Source: an uncultured delta proteobacterium (lineage in GTDB: Bacteria > Desulfobacterota > RBG-13-43-22). From it: 64,000 bases of DNA. Under the pieces are notes generated by a model. The model was not told where the DNA came from. It saw only the letters and a list, made by a program, of their open reading frames with translations, and did no database searches. Shown one piece after another: positions 28,496 to 39,671 of the stretch (its first letter is position 1; every line of letters begins with the position of its first letter). The position numbers and the translations under genes were made by a program. The stretch covers positions 192,001-256,000 of the forward strand of contig CAWBOS010000015.1 of assembly GCA_963790475.1 (NCBI GenBank). The letters are read 5' to 3'.

Positions 28496-28803
28496 GTCGA
28501 GTAGCCCGGGGAAATTTCACCCCCAGGCACTCACAGATCCGGACGTGACAGTCTCCCGTCATCCGGCTCCTATCATCCAGTTGCCTTTTAAAGCAACTTT
28601 AGCTTGCTTCCTGGCTCCTCCCATCTCTGGTTGACCAAAAGGCAAGGACCGATGATCCAACCCCTTCGCTCCATTCCTATTACAGAGACTTCAACACTAC
28701 TACGAGTTGGTCGTCCCTGTGCCCCGCGTCGGTACTGTCATTCTCATGGTTTCCTCCACTTGAATTTCTCCCTTATCATCGGGACGACAGGTTCCCGCAT
28801 TCC
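28496..28803 (-). mobile_element. Group II intron remnant: 5'-truncated and lacking the RT ORF
   Basis: Minus strand DV GAGCCGGATGACGGGAGACTGTCACGTCCGGATCT, DVI GGGGTGAAATTTCCCCGGGCTACTCGAC, upstream DII/DIII-type CGTAGTAGTGTTGAAG..GTAAT..GGAGCGAAGGG. Confidence 0.88.
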
Positions 28804-29181
28804 GGATTTCAATCGGAAATTGATAGGATTGAAGATATACACTCGGGTTTCTCTCCATACCCGGTCGAGTTCCGGATATGTTTTATCAAGGGCTGAAACG
28901 CATTCTAAGTCGAAAATAAAAATTCTTAATATCATTATTTTAGCGTTCCAACTAGTTGCCTGGTCCGACCCTAAATCAAAATTCGATAAAATACTATAAG
29001 TTTCATTATAAAATACAGGAATGGCCTTATTTTTTTATCTTTTTGAAATTGAGATAATAGGAATATTTTCGAAGGGCAAGGTTTCGGGGCTCATTTGAAA
29101 AATCAAGACTAGCGCTGGATTCAGAGAACAACGGTTTCGTATTTTTCCCATTATTAAACCCAAAAATAGGAGAAAGTTATC

Positions 29182-30594
29182 TTGATCAACCGCAAATATT
29201 ATTACTCTATTTTGATCATGGTTGTTCTTTTTGGGGCAACCTCGATCACCCCGGCCTGGACCGCACAAAAACCCGTTGATTTAAGCACCGCCATTATCCA
29301 GGTAGCCAAAGAAAATCTTTCTAAGGTTGTCTATGTTGAAGTGAGTGAAAGCAGGGAAGTAACGAATCCTATGCTGCCTTTCCAAAATGACCCCTTCTTT
29401 CGTCACTTCTTTGGCGTTCCCAGAATGCCTAAGAAGTTCAAACAGGAAACCAAGGGGCTGGGATCGGGGATGATCATCGATTCCAAAGGCAACATTCTAA
29501 CCAACTACCATGTGGCCGGAGGGGCGACAAAAATCGAAGTTACCCTGGCCGATGGCAGTAAGTACCCGGCCCGTTTGGTGGGAGGGGATCCGAAGACCGA
29601 CCTGGCGGTAATCCATATCTCACCCAAGGAAAATCTCCCCTATGTCACTTTTGGGGATTCGGACCAGATGGAAGTAGGCGAATGGGTGGTGGCCATCGGC
29701 GCCCCTCGGGCCTTGGAGAAATCGGTAACCCAGGGGATTATCAGCGCCAAACATCGGACTGGAATATCGGATCCGACCAGTTATGAGGACTTTCTCCAAA
29801 CCGATGCCCCCATCAACCCGGGCAACAGTGGCGGACCCCTTCTCAATCTAAATGGTCAGGTCATCGGGGTGAACGCCGCCATAGCCACCGAGTCGGGTGG
29901 TTTTGAAGGAATCGGCTTCACCATTCCAGGTAATATGGCTCAATACGTTGCCAGAACTATTATAGCCCACGGAAAAGTGGAACGAGGTTGGCTGGGGGTA
30001 TCCATCCGTACTCTGACTCCGGAATTGGCCAAGTCTGTTCAAGCCAAGGGCCTGACAGGGGCGCTGGTAGTGGAAGCGACCAAAGGGGGACCGGCGGATA
30101 AGGCAGGGATAAAAAAGAACGATGTGATCATTGCCTATCGTGGGAAAGAGGTAACCGGCGTCAATGAATTCCGAAATAAGGTGGCCGAGACTCCCATCGG
30201 TACGGAAGCCAAGATTACGGTTCTCAGGGACGGAAGAAAAGAAGAATTAACGGTAAGAATCGGAAGTCTGGAGGAGTCCACAAAGCTCCTCTCTATCTCG
30301 GTCGAAGAGCGTTTAGGTATAGAGGTCAGATCTCCCCATTCCTCGGAGGTAACCAAATACGGCCTGAATGAAAATCAAGGGGTTGTCATTATTAAGGTTG
30401 ATCCGAAAAGCCCCCTTAAAGAGGCCGGTTTTGAGACGGGGGACATAATCCTGGCCATAGAAAATCAACCCATTCACAACCTGGAGGGCTTTGTTGATTT
30501 GGTAAGTCTTTTAAAACCAAAAGCGAAAATATCCATCCTCGGTCTTGATCACCGGACCGGCAATACGGGTGAGGTTCAGGTTACCGTTAGGTGA
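29182..30594 (+). CDS. HtrA/DegP-family serine protease with two PDZ domains
   Basis: Signal peptide; TNYHV, DLAVI, INPGNSGGPL; RGWLGV then two PDZ domains. Confidence 0.95.
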   Translation: MINRKYYYSILIMVVLFGATSITPAWTAQKPVDLSTAIIQVAKENLSKVVYVEVSESREVTNPMLPFQNDPFFRHFFGVPRMPKKFKQETKGLGSGMIIDSKGNILTNYHVAGGATKIEVTLADGSKYPARLVGGDPKTDLAVIHISPKENLPYVTFGDSDQMEVGEWVVAIGAPRALEKSVTQGIISAKHRTGISDPTSYEDFLQTDAPINPGNSGGPLLNLNGQVIGVNAAIATESGGFEGIGFTIPGNMAQYVARTIIAHGKVERGWLGVSIRTLTPELAKSVQAKGLTGALVVEATKGGPADKAGIKKNDVIIAYRGKEVTGVNEFRNKVAETPIGTEAKITVLRDGRKEELTVRIGSLEESTKLLSISVEERLGIEVRSPHSSEVTKYGLNENQGVVIIKVDPKSPLKEAGFETGDIILAIENQPIHNLEGFVDLVSLLKPKAKISILGLDHRTGNTGEVQVTVR

Positions 30595-30674
30595 TAGGTT
30601 TTGTTACAGGCAATGTTCGGGAGATCGCCCATTCCGAAATAAGGCAGGGGTATTGAAGCATCAGGAGAGAACTC

Positions 30675-32258
30675 GTGTATCTAAAAAAGATAATAAGCTT
30701 TTTTCTGGCTTTCTTTATTCTGGGCCTCTCTCCGATCGTGGTAAAAACAATTAATGGCCAAGACAAACCAAAGGAGAGGTCACGCCCGTCTGAAAAACCG
30801 ATGGGAAAAAAGGCGACTCCGGAACTTCCTCCTGAGCCGAAACTTTCGATTACTCATCACTTCATGGAGGTTAACGGCAAACCTCTGAGTTACACGACCA
30901 CCACAGGTTCCATCCAGTTAAAGGATGAGGCCGGAAAGGTCAAAGCACAGCTCTTTTTTATTGCTTATGTAAAGGATGGAGAACAAATCAAATCCGGGAG
31001 GCCTATTACCTTTGCTTTTAACGGAGGGCCGGGGGCGGCTTCGGTCTTTCTGCATCTTGGTGCTTTGGGCCCCAAACGTGTCCTCCTGGGAGATGATGAG
31101 GCCCTGCCGCCACCTTACCGATTGGTGCCGAATGAATACACCTGGCTGACTTTTACCGATCTTGTATTTATTGATCCTGTGGGTACTGGTTATAGCCGAG
31201 CCGCCTCGGGGGTTGACCCAAAGGAATTTTATGGACTGAAGGGAGATATTCAATCGGTTGGGGAAGTTATCCGGATTTATGTGACAAGATATAAACGGTG
31301 GTTGTCGCCGAAATTTATTGCCGGGGAAAGTTATGGCACAACGAGAGCAGCCGGCCTGTCCGGCTATCTCCAGAATAAAGTAGGTATGAATCTCAATGGC
31401 CTTATCCTCATTTCAGAAGTCCTGAACTTTCAAACGATCGCTTTCACTCCTGGAAATGACCTGCCTTATATCTTATACCTTCCTTCGTACGCACTGACCG
31501 CGCTCTATTATAGAAAATCTTCTCTTGTCTTGCCGACCGATTTAGTAAAATTCCGAGAAGAAGTGGAAAGGTATGCCCAGAGAGAATACTTGTTGGCCTT
31601 GGCTAAAGGAGATGGACTCTCGGATGAAGAGAAGGCCGAGGTGATTGACCGAATGTCAAATTTTACCGGCCTCCCGAAAAAATTTTTACAGAATTCCAAC
31701 TTACGTATCAGTAATGATGTCTTCGTTAGAGAACTGCTTCGAGATGAGAATAGGATTATCGGTGTTTTGGATTCGAGAATTAGCGGAAACTATCGAGTCC
31801 ATGACTTTGTGGAGGACCCCAGCGTTTTTTTAGTGATCGGCCCGTTAGTGGCTACCTGGAATGACTACGTGAGGAATGAATTAAAGTATGAGTCGGAAAT
31901 ACCCTATATGATTCTGTCCGAAAAGGTGAATGAGTCATGGGATTGGAGCCCCCCCGCTTCAAAAGGACCGGGTTATGTAGATGTCGCCAAGACTTTACGG
32001 CAGGCTATAAATGAGAACAAATTCTTGAAGGTTTTTATAGCCAGCGGTTATTATGATTTGGATACACCCTATTTTGCCACAAGATATACCGTCAGTCATT
32101 TAGGACTTCCAGCGAATTTACGAGATAACATTATCGTCGAGTATTATGAAGCAGGACACCAGATGTATACTCATTTGCCATCTCTCAAAAAACTTTCCGC
32201 CGATGTGGCTGGATTCTTCGATAAGGTAATTCCGGATGAATCCAAACCCTCAAGGTGA
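30675..32258 (+). CDS. Peptidase S10 serine carboxypeptidase, secreted
   Basis: FNGGPGAAS, IDPVGTGYS, GESYGT, YEAGHQMY. Confidence 0.93.
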   Translation: MYLKKIISFFLAFFILGLSPIVVKTINGQDKPKERSRPSEKPMGKKATPELPPEPKLSITHHFMEVNGKPLSYTTTTGSIQLKDEAGKVKAQLFFIAYVKDGEQIKSGRPITFAFNGGPGAASVFLHLGALGPKRVLLGDDEALPPPYRLVPNEYTWLTFTDLVFIDPVGTGYSRAASGVDPKEFYGLKGDIQSVGEVIRIYVTRYKRWLSPKFIAGESYGTTRAAGLSGYLQNKVGMNLNGLILISEVLNFQTIAFTPGNDLPYILYLPSYALTALYYRKSSLVLPTDLVKFREEVERYAQREYLLALAKGDGLSDEEKAEVIDRMSNFTGLPKKFLQNSNLRISNDVFVRELLRDENRIIGVLDSRISGNYRVHDFVEDPSVFLVIGPLVATWNDYVRNELKYESEIPYMILSEKVNESWDWSPPASKGPGYVDVAKTLRQAINENKFLKVFIASGYYDLDTPYFATRYTVSHLGLPANLRDNIIVEYYEAGHQMYTHLPSLKKLSADVAGFFDKVIPDESKPSR

Positions 32259-32307
32259 AGGGCCGAAAAAGTCCTTTATTGGAAATTTGTTAAGGAGGTA
32301 AATAGTT

Positions 32308-32871
32308 ATGAAAGATCTCAAATCCTGTCGGATAGGTTCCGCTTTCATGATCTTTCTTCTCTTTACGCTTTTGTCGGCCTGTGGCCCGGTCATTTCCAAA
32401 AATTTAAGGACCCGGGCTGATTTGGATCTTACTTTTCAAGAAGTTTTTCAGAAACCTGAAGCCTACAAGGGGGAAATCGTCATCTGGGGTGGAGAGATCA
32501 TTCAGACGATAAATCAGAAGGAAGGAACTACTCTCATTGAAATCTCTCAAAGGTCATTGGATTGGCAGGAAGAGCCTAAGGAAGAGAGTTCTTCCGGGGA
32601 CAGATTCTTAGTTCTCGTTGAAAAATACTTGGACCCTTTTATTTATCGGAGGGGCAAGGAAATTACGGTAGCCGGGAAGATTATCGGAGAAAAAACCAAA
32701 CTTCGGGGTGAGGTGGAGTACCACTATCCTTATCTTCTGGCTAAGCGAGTTTTCCTGTGGAGAGAAAATTACCCCTATTATTATTATCCATATATGCCAG
32801 GCTGGTTATATAATCCCTTGTTGGGGGATTGGGATGATGACTGGTCGGAGGATTGGGATTATCCCTGGTAG
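32308..32871 (+). CDS. Slp-family outer-membrane lipoprotein
   Basis: LSAC lipobox, VIWGGEII, RFL...YLDP.IY..GKEITVAG, YHYP. Confidence 0.88.
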   Translation: MKDLKSCRIGSAFMIFLLFTLLSACGPVISKNLRTRADLDLTFQEVFQKPEAYKGEIVIWGGEIIQTINQKEGTTLIEISQRSLDWQEEPKEESSSGDRFLVLVEKYLDPFIYRRGKEITVAGKIIGEKTKLRGEVEYHYPYLLAKRVFLWRENYPYYYYPYMPGWLYNPLLGDWDDDWSEDWDYPW

Positions 32872-33011
32872 AATTCAGACTGATCATTCATGGTTGCAAA
32901 GAAATCCTTTAAAAGCCTTATGAAAAATGGGCTGCCCTTAAGGTAAAGATATGATCAAAGTAACTTCCATTAAGGAAGTAACAATCAAATAGTAAAATCC
33001 TAACCTCAAAT

Positions 33012-33046
33012 CAAAAAGGCAGGGTCCATTGGCTCTGCCTTTTTTG
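33012..33046. terminator. Bidirectional intrinsic terminator
   Basis: AAAAAGGCAGGGTC-loop-GGCTCTGCCTTTTTT. Confidence 0.65.
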
Positions 33047-33081
33047 TGCAAATTTCAATTCATACTTGCTAATGCGAACAC

Positions 33082-33318
33082 ATGCTAATGGCCAACATTT
33101 GTAGATATTCATGGAATGAGGATTGCAGGGCGCTCATCCTGACTGTGGGCACCGATTTGGTGCTGGTATCTTTCAATGCGACATTCGGTCTTCCCGGGGT
33201 CTCCCGGCTCCCCCTGAAAGTGGCCGTCTCCATCCCCATACTCTCCCTGTGTGCCGTTTTTCTGGTGAAGGACCTTGTCAAGGCAGCCTTGCTTAGAAAG
33301 TTTTGGCGGCAGCCCTGA
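33082..33318 (+). CDS. Small hydrophobic hypothetical protein
   Basis: 78-aa ORF with two hydrophobic stretches; no family recognised. Confidence 0.35.
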   Translation: MLMANICRYSWNEDCRALILTVGTDLVLVSFNATFGLPGVSRLPLKVAVSIPILSLCAVFLVKDLVKAALLRKFWRQP

Positions 33319-33459
33319 GTGAGTGTCTTTTCGATGGGGAAGCAAGGTTGAGTCGATATTTTTCAAGTTTGGCGAGGGGAGATGGAGACCAGTAGATTCA
33401 GGCTGGAATTTTGTTTTAGGGAAACCGTCTCACGGTAAGGTAATTTTTTTGGAGATGAA

Positions 33460-34717
33460 ATGACTTTCGATCGCCCAGCATGGTTTATAGGCAGTGTACC
33501 CTGGCTTTTTGCCACTCGAATTGTACGAAGCTTTTCACAGGCCATGCTGGTCATTGCTTTTCCGCTGTATATTTCCGCTGCCGGTTATTCCACTTTACAG
33601 GTAGGATATCTGCTTTCCTTTGCCTTGGCGGGTTCAGCCGGAATGACCCTCCTTGTTGGTATTTTTTCCGACAAGTATGGGCGCAAGCCTCTCCTCACTA
33701 TAATCGCCTTAATGGCGGCAATAGGGTCGGCGGTCTGCGCACTGACTACCCGGTTCTGGGTCTTAGCCCTTATGGCGGCCATGGCCTCTGTGCGCGGTGG
33801 CGGAGCAGGGAGCGGCGGGGGATTTGGACCGTTCTACCCCGCCGAGCAAGCTTTAATCGCCAGCAGCGGCTCGGACGAAAACCGTAATACCATCTTTTCC
33901 TCTTTATCGCTGGTCAGCGTGCTGGCGGGTGCTGCAGGCTCCGCGGTGGCGGTACTGCCCGGCATTCTTCAGGGGCACTTTGAAACAAGTATCATCAACT
34001 CCTATCACCCAGTCTTTTGGATTGCTGCCTTGGCGAGTCTGACGGTATTTTTTCTAACCCTCCCTATTCGGGAAAGGCCTCAACTTCCTTCTACCAAGCC
34101 TAAAATCGAAGAAAACAAAATCTCAACCGGTAATTTAATCGCCCGCTTGTGGCTCACCAACGGCATAAATGGTTTTGTTATCGGCATTGTCGGGCCTTTC
34201 CTGACCTACTGGTTTGCCGTGCGTTACGGGGTGCGGTCCATGGAAATAGCTACGCTCTACACCGTGGCCAATCTGCTGACCGCCATATCTTATTTATCGG
34301 CTCCGGGTATTGCTAAACGGCTTGGATCGGTTAATGCCATTGTTTGGACGCGTCTAGGGACGGTGGTACTCATGGCGGGAATGGCCCTGGCCCTCAACCT
34401 TTTTCCTGGCCTCTCTGGCCTATACCATCCGGGTCATGGTGAACTCAATTAGCATGCCGATCCGGCAATCGTTTGTCATGGGCGTTGCCGCAGAACGAGG
34501 CCGCTCTAAGGTAGCGGCTATTGGCAGTCTGCCAGCCCAGGCCATCGGTATGGTCGTACCGACTATTGCCTCCCACCTGATGCACAGCATATCGGAGGTG
34601 GCCCCTATATGGTTGGTAACCGCTGCCCTGGCGGTTAATGCCAGTTTTATTCAGTCTTTTTTTCAAAAACATCAAACCGCCCGAAGAACAATAATGCCAA
34701 CCACCAGACCAAGATGA
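33460..34717 (+). pseudogene. MFS transporter, frameshifted near 34390
   Basis: Motif A GIFSDKYGRKPLL; the C-terminal TMs continue in ORF 34436-34717. Confidence 0.8.
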
Positions 34718-34901
34718 TCCCTTATTTATGATACGAAAATGGAAGTTTACAATGAGGGTTGTAATTTTTTGTACATTTAAATCACCAATTGGAGTGTATA
34801 ATGAAAATAATTGTTTAAATGTTATTCTGGTTCTATAAGGAAACTCTGGGAAGACCGTATTATCTATAAAAGAACTTAAATTATCAGTGCACTAGCGGAC
34901 C

Positions 34902-37793
34902 TTGAAGATGAAGAGAAGGTTGCTGAATGAGTTCTTGGGAATCCTAAAAATTTCTTTTCCGGATGAACAGGAATCAAATCTTCGGACCGGCGCCTTGGCC
35001 GGGGGGATGAGGGGGAGACCTTCAGCTTTTATCTGCGATCAAAAGGGGAGTGAACCTATGTTATTTCATTACCGTCCGATTAGAGGATTGAGAAGAGAAA
35101 TGAAGGGGAGCGAAAAAAGACGGGGCCCGTTTTTTCTAAGACCTCCTTTGATCAGACTGGTGGCCTTCCTGTTTTTAGGGACCATTTCCCCCCTCGGTAA
35201 TGTTCAGGCTGAGGAAAATGTCCTGCGGGCGACCCTGGCCAACGGGCTCAAGATCGTCATTGTGCGGAATGCCTTGACCCCGGTGATCACCACCGTGGTC
35301 AATTATCAGGTCGGTTCCAATGAAGTTCTCGAAGGGTTTCCGGGAATGGCCCATGCCCAGGAGCATATGATGTTCAGAGGAAGTCCGGGTCTTTCGGCCG
35401 ATCAACTGGCCAACATTATCGCCGCCACGGGCGGTAGGTTCGATGCAGACACCCAGCAGACCGTGACTCAATATTACCTTACGGTTCCGGCCGAAGACCT
35501 GGATGTCGCCCTGCACATAGAAGCTATTCGGATGCGGGGCGTTCTGGACAGCGAGAGACTCTGGGCCCGGGAAAGAGGGGCCATTGAACAGGAAGTAACC
35601 CAAGACCTGTCCGACCCCGAGTATGTGTTTTATACCAAAGTGCTCTCTCGTTTATTCAAAGGGACTCCCTATGCCCATACCCCGCTGGGAACTGTTTCCT
35701 CTTTCAACAAAACCAGCGGGGTAATGCTTAAGAAATTTTACGATACCTGGTATGCCCCGAACCATGCCATCCTGGTGATTGTCGGAGATCTGGATCCCCA
35801 AAAGGCCTTGGCTCAGGTTAAAAATATCTTCGGCTCCATTCCGGCCAAAAAAACTCCCCGGCGCCCCGTAATTCGTCTCACACCCGTAAGGCCTGAGACA
35901 CTTCATTTCAAGACTGACCAATCCTATGGGTTGGTTATGATCTCTTTCCGTCTGCCCGGTTACGGTAACCGGGACTATCCTGCTACTCAGGTGCTGGCCG
36001 ATATCCTGAGCAATCAACGCGGTAATCTCTTCGCCTTGGTTCCTGAAGGCAAAGCCCTTTTCACCAATTTCAGTCTGGACACGCTTCCCGGGGCCGGGTT
36101 GGGATATGCGGTGGGGGCTTTTCCAAAGGGAGCGAAGGCCTCGGTCCTGGTCGGAGAGATGCGGAACATCTTGACCGTCTATGCCAAAAAAGGGTTTCCC
36201 GTCGATTTGTTGGAGGCCGCCAAACGAACCAGATTGACCGCATCCGAATTGCAGAAGAATTCGATTTCCGGGTTAGCCATGGCTTGGTCCAAGGCACTGG
36301 CCGTACAGGGGCTCCAATCTCCACAAGATAGGATAAAGGCCATCCAGGATGTTTCCCTGGCCGATGTAAACCGTGTAGCCAAAAAATATCTGAGGTTGGA
36401 CCGGGCTATCGTGGCCGTCCTTACTCCTGAGGTCTCCGGAAAGCCTGCTTTTTCTAAATCCCGGAACCACCTGGAATCCTTCGCCCCCAAAAAAGTCAGA
36501 CCGGTCAAGCTGCCCGATTGGGCCGAAAAAGGCCTCAAAAGGCTTGCCATACCGCCTTCCACAGTTCATCCGGTGGTTACCTTCCTGCCCAATGGCTTGC
36601 AATTAATCGTTCAGCCCGAATCAGTAAGTAACACCATAAGTGTCTACGGACATATCAGGAACAAGGCCGATCTGGAAACTCCCCCGGACAAGGAAGGCGT
36701 CAATCAGGTCTTGAGCCAACTTTTTCCCTACGGATCGACTTCTCTTGACCGCATCTCCTTTCAGAAAGCCCTGGATGAAATCGGAGCCAGCGAGTCAGCA
36801 GGGACGGATTTCGGCCTCCAGGTATTGGCCGACCATTTTGAACGGGGCGTCGAGCTTCTGGCCGACAATCAGCTCCACCCCGCTTTGCCTGAAAAGGCCT
36901 TCAAAGTCGTTCGCCAACAGGTGGGTGCCATTGTGGCCGGCCTGCTTCAAAGTCCCGATTACCTGACCACTCGGGCCCTGGCCTCCGCCCTCTTTCCCAA
37001 GACCGATCCGACCTTGAGACAGGCCACGCCGGCTTCTGTTTCCGCACTCACCCTTTCTGATGTATCGGAATACTATCAAAAAGTTTTTCGTCCTGATTTA
37101 ACCGCCATAGTGGTCATCGGCCGGGTAACCCCTGAAAGAGCCGGGGCGGTTATGGAAAAATACTTCGGCTCCTGGAAGGCGACCGGGCCCAAGCCTGAAA
37201 TACTCCTGCCCTCAGTGCCTCCCAACAAACCTTCGGTGGCCGGGGTACCCGATGCCAGTCGAATTCAGGATTCTGTTACCTTGGCCGAGACCATCGGCCT
37301 AACCCTGTCCAATACCGACCGCTATGCCTTGGAATTGGGTAATCATGTCCTTGGCGGTGCTTTTTACGCCACCCGTCTATACCGGGACCTCCGTGAAGAG
37401 ACGGGCCTGGTCTATTATGTCTCTTCCTCTTTCGATGTGGGACAAACCCGCTCTTTGTACCAGGTCAACTACGGTTGCGATCCGAAAAACGTACCCAGGG
37501 CCAGGGCAATTGTGGAGCGTAATCTCAAGGCAATGCAGGCCTTGCCTGTCTCTCCGCAGGAATTGCACCAGGCCAAAGCGCTCCTGCTCAGGGAAATCCC
37601 TCTCTCTGAAGCCAGCACAGACAGCATCGCCGCCGGACTCATTTACCGGGCCACTCACGATCTCCCCCTCGATGAACCCACGGTGGCCGCCCATCATTAC
37701 GTGCAGATCACCGCTGAGCAGGTCCAGACGGCTTTTTCCACGTGGCTCCGCCCGGAGGATCTGGTCGAAATAACCGAAGGACCTCCCCGATGA
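34902..37793 (+). CDS. M16 (insulinase/pitrilysin) zinc peptidase with two fused halves; real start probably near 35100
   Basis: Inverted zincin GMAHAQEHMMFRGS, LANGLKIV, WYAPNHAILVIVGD, RLYRDLREETGLVY. Confidence 0.92.
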   Translation: MKMKRRLLNEFLGILKISFPDEQESNLRTGALAGGMRGRPSAFICDQKGSEPMLFHYRPIRGLRREMKGSEKRRGPFFLRPPLIRLVAFLFLGTISPLGNVQAEENVLRATLANGLKIVIVRNALTPVITTVVNYQVGSNEVLEGFPGMAHAQEHMMFRGSPGLSADQLANIIAATGGRFDADTQQTVTQYYLTVPAEDLDVALHIEAIRMRGVLDSERLWARERGAIEQEVTQDLSDPEYVFYTKVLSRLFKGTPYAHTPLGTVSSFNKTSGVMLKKFYDTWYAPNHAILVIVGDLDPQKALAQVKNIFGSIPAKKTPRRPVIRLTPVRPETLHFKTDQSYGLVMISFRLPGYGNRDYPATQVLADILSNQRGNLFALVPEGKALFTNFSLDTLPGAGLGYAVGAFPKGAKASVLVGEMRNILTVYAKKGFPVDLLEAAKRTRLTASELQKNSISGLAMAWSKALAVQGLQSPQDRIKAIQDVSLADVNRVAKKYLRLDRAIVAVLTPEVSGKPAFSKSRNHLESFAPKKVRPVKLPDWAEKGLKRLAIPPSTVHPVVTFLPNGLQLIVQPESVSNTISVYGHIRNKADLETPPDKEGVNQVLSQLFPYGSTSLDRISFQKALDEIGASESAGTDFGLQVLADHFERGVELLADNQLHPALPEKAFKVVRQQVGAIVAGLLQSPDYLTTRALASALFPKTDPTLRQATPASVSALTLSDVSEYYQKVFRPDLTAIVVIGRVTPERAGAVMEKYFGSWKATGPKPEILLPSVPPNKPSVAGVPDASRIQDSVTLAETIGLTLSNTDRYALELGNHVLGGAFYATRLYRDLREETGLVYYVSSSFDVGQTRSLYQVNYGCDPKNVPRARAIVERNLKAMQALPVSPQELHQAKALLLREIPLSEASTDSIAAGLIYRATHDLPLDEPTVAAHHYVQITAEQVQTAFSTWLRPEDLVEITEGPPR

Positions 37794-38215
37794 GCAGAAA
37801 AAATCCCTGCCCCCTTAGGAAACCTGGATTCTGGTTTTCTCGGAAATAAAGGGAAAGGGCGAATTTTGACTATTATTGAATGATTCAAAACGAATGATCT
37901 GCTCGGCCATTAATTTGGACAACTGACCAATTTCCAAGGATTTTTAACGTTTATCTGCCAAAAGGGTGCCTCCCCTATGGAGAGCCAGTTAAAACCAGTC
38001 CCTTTGGGTTCTGTTGATTATTGACCTGGTTTACCTGAAAAATTCAAAAAAATACCAGCTATTATATCTCATTATACAACATTGACCTTATTTATTCTCT
38101 CAAAAGGATCATTAAAATTGTCCAAGTAATAACAAAATCAAAAATAATAGATCACTTAAACGGTCCGAGGTTAAACCCTATTTCTCAATACTCGGTCGAG
38201 GAGGGAAATAAAATA

Positions 38216-38462
38216 ATGAGACAAGCTATTAATGCTGCGGATAACTGGTTATATTCGAAGATGGAATTAATTGACTGTCCCCATCAGCCTGGAAATCTTA
38301 AAATATCAAAGAGTCCCTGTCCGAAAAGGTATCAGTTCTGAAAAGACGACTCTGGAAACGCTCAGCCAGGCCGATCTTTTTTTTCTTTATACTGTAGGAC
38401 AAGGCCTTTTACGATGCAAGACCTGCCTCAATGATGGGAAAATACCGCAAAAGAACTTCTGA
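38216..38462 (+). pseudogene. Small Cys-containing hypothetical protein, frameshifted
   Basis: GAGGAGG RBS; MRQAINAADNW...DCPHQPGNLKISKSPCPKRY, then other frame ...FLYTVGQGLLRCKTC. Confidence 0.4.
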
Positions 38463-38810
38463 AAAAGTTTTAGGCAGAGATAAAAAACCAATTACTGGTT
38501 GGGTTGTGGGTAGAATTCTCCGAGATTATTTTTAGAAGATCCGGAACAAGAACGACTCGGGCAATATTTATCTTGAAGGAGGTCCTCGGACTCAATTACC
38601 AACCATATAAATCCTCTTCAATAAGCCACGGGGGCCGGATGAACAATTATTGATATCGGTGCTTTTATGATCATTTTTTCGGTATTAACAAATGGTGCAG
38701 GTCTTCAGGCTCCAGACAGGTTAAGCATTTCTACAACACGTTAAGAATTGAGTTACTTATTAGACATATCCAGAGCTGTAGTCTTACCTTATGGATAGGA
38801 AAAGGAATTT

Positions 38811-39671
38811 ATGTTGGACCGCCGGAAACATTTCCTCTTTATTGTGATCATGGTCATACTTTTTAATGCGGCAGCAATTGCATCGGTCTGGGCGACACAA
38901 AACCCCATTGATTTAAGAACCGCCATCATCCAGGCAGCCAAAGAAAACCTCTCCAAAGTAGTCTATGTTGAAGTTATTGAAAGCCGGGAAGTGGCGAATC
39001 CTATGCTGCCTTTCCAGAACGATCCATTTTTTCAGCATTTCTTTGGCGTTCCACAAGTGCCCAGGAAGTTTAAACAAGAAATCAAAGGACTGGGCTCTGG
39101 GATTATCATCGATGCCCGAGGTTACATTTTAACTAACTATCATGTGGCCGGAGGAGCTACAAAAATGGAAGTTACCTTGGCTGATGGCAATAAATACCCT
39201 GCCCTTCTGGTGGGAGGTGATTCCAAAACCGATTTGGCAGTAATCCATATCTCCGCCAGGGAAAGTCTTCCATACGTCACCTTTGGGGATTCCGACCAGG
39301 TAGAGGTTGGGGAGTGGGTAGTGGCCATTGGGGCCCCCAGGGCCTTGTCCCAATCGGTGACCCATGGAATAATTAGCGCCAAACATCGGCGCGGCATAAT
39401 GGATCCGACAGGTTACGAGGACTTCCTTCAAATAGATGCTGCCATTAATCCTGGAAATAGCGGGGGGCCTCTTCTTAACCTCTACGGACAGGTCATTGGG
39501 GTAAACGCGGCCATCGCCACCGAATCGGGCGGTTTTGAAGGGATTGGCTTCACTATCCCAAGCAATATGGCCCGATATGTGGCCAGATCCCTTATTGCCC
39601 ACGGCAAGGTGGAACGGGGTTGGTTAGGGATAATCCAGCGGATTCTTGATTACCTGAAATCGGGGCTATAA
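38811..39671 (+). CDS. HtrA paralog lacking PDZ domains
   Basis: Closely similar to the 29182 gene up to VERGWLG, then a short unrelated tail and stop; catalytic triad intact. Confidence 0.85.
   Translation: MLDRRKHFLFIVIMVILFNAAAIASVWATQNPIDLRTAIIQAAKENLSKVVYVEVIESREVANPMLPFQNDPFFQHFFGVPQVPRKFKQEIKGLGSGIIIDARGYILTNYHVAGGATKMEVTLADGNKYPALLVGGDSKTDLAVIHISARESLPYVTFGDSDQVEVGEWVVAIGAPRALSQSVTHGIISAKHRRGIMDPTGYEDFLQIDAAINPGNSGGPLLNLYGQVIGVNAAIATESGGFEGIGFTIPSNMARYVARSLIAHGKVERGWLGIIQRILDYLKSGL

Noticed and set aside
28604-28999. ORFs 28604-28999 (+) and 28744-28935 (-)
   Set aside because: They run across the group II intron RNA remnant and show no RT or other protein motifs.
38570-38710. Minus-strand CTIC...RGPP pattern resembling DUF2946
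   Set aside because: Interrupted by stops and too short to support.
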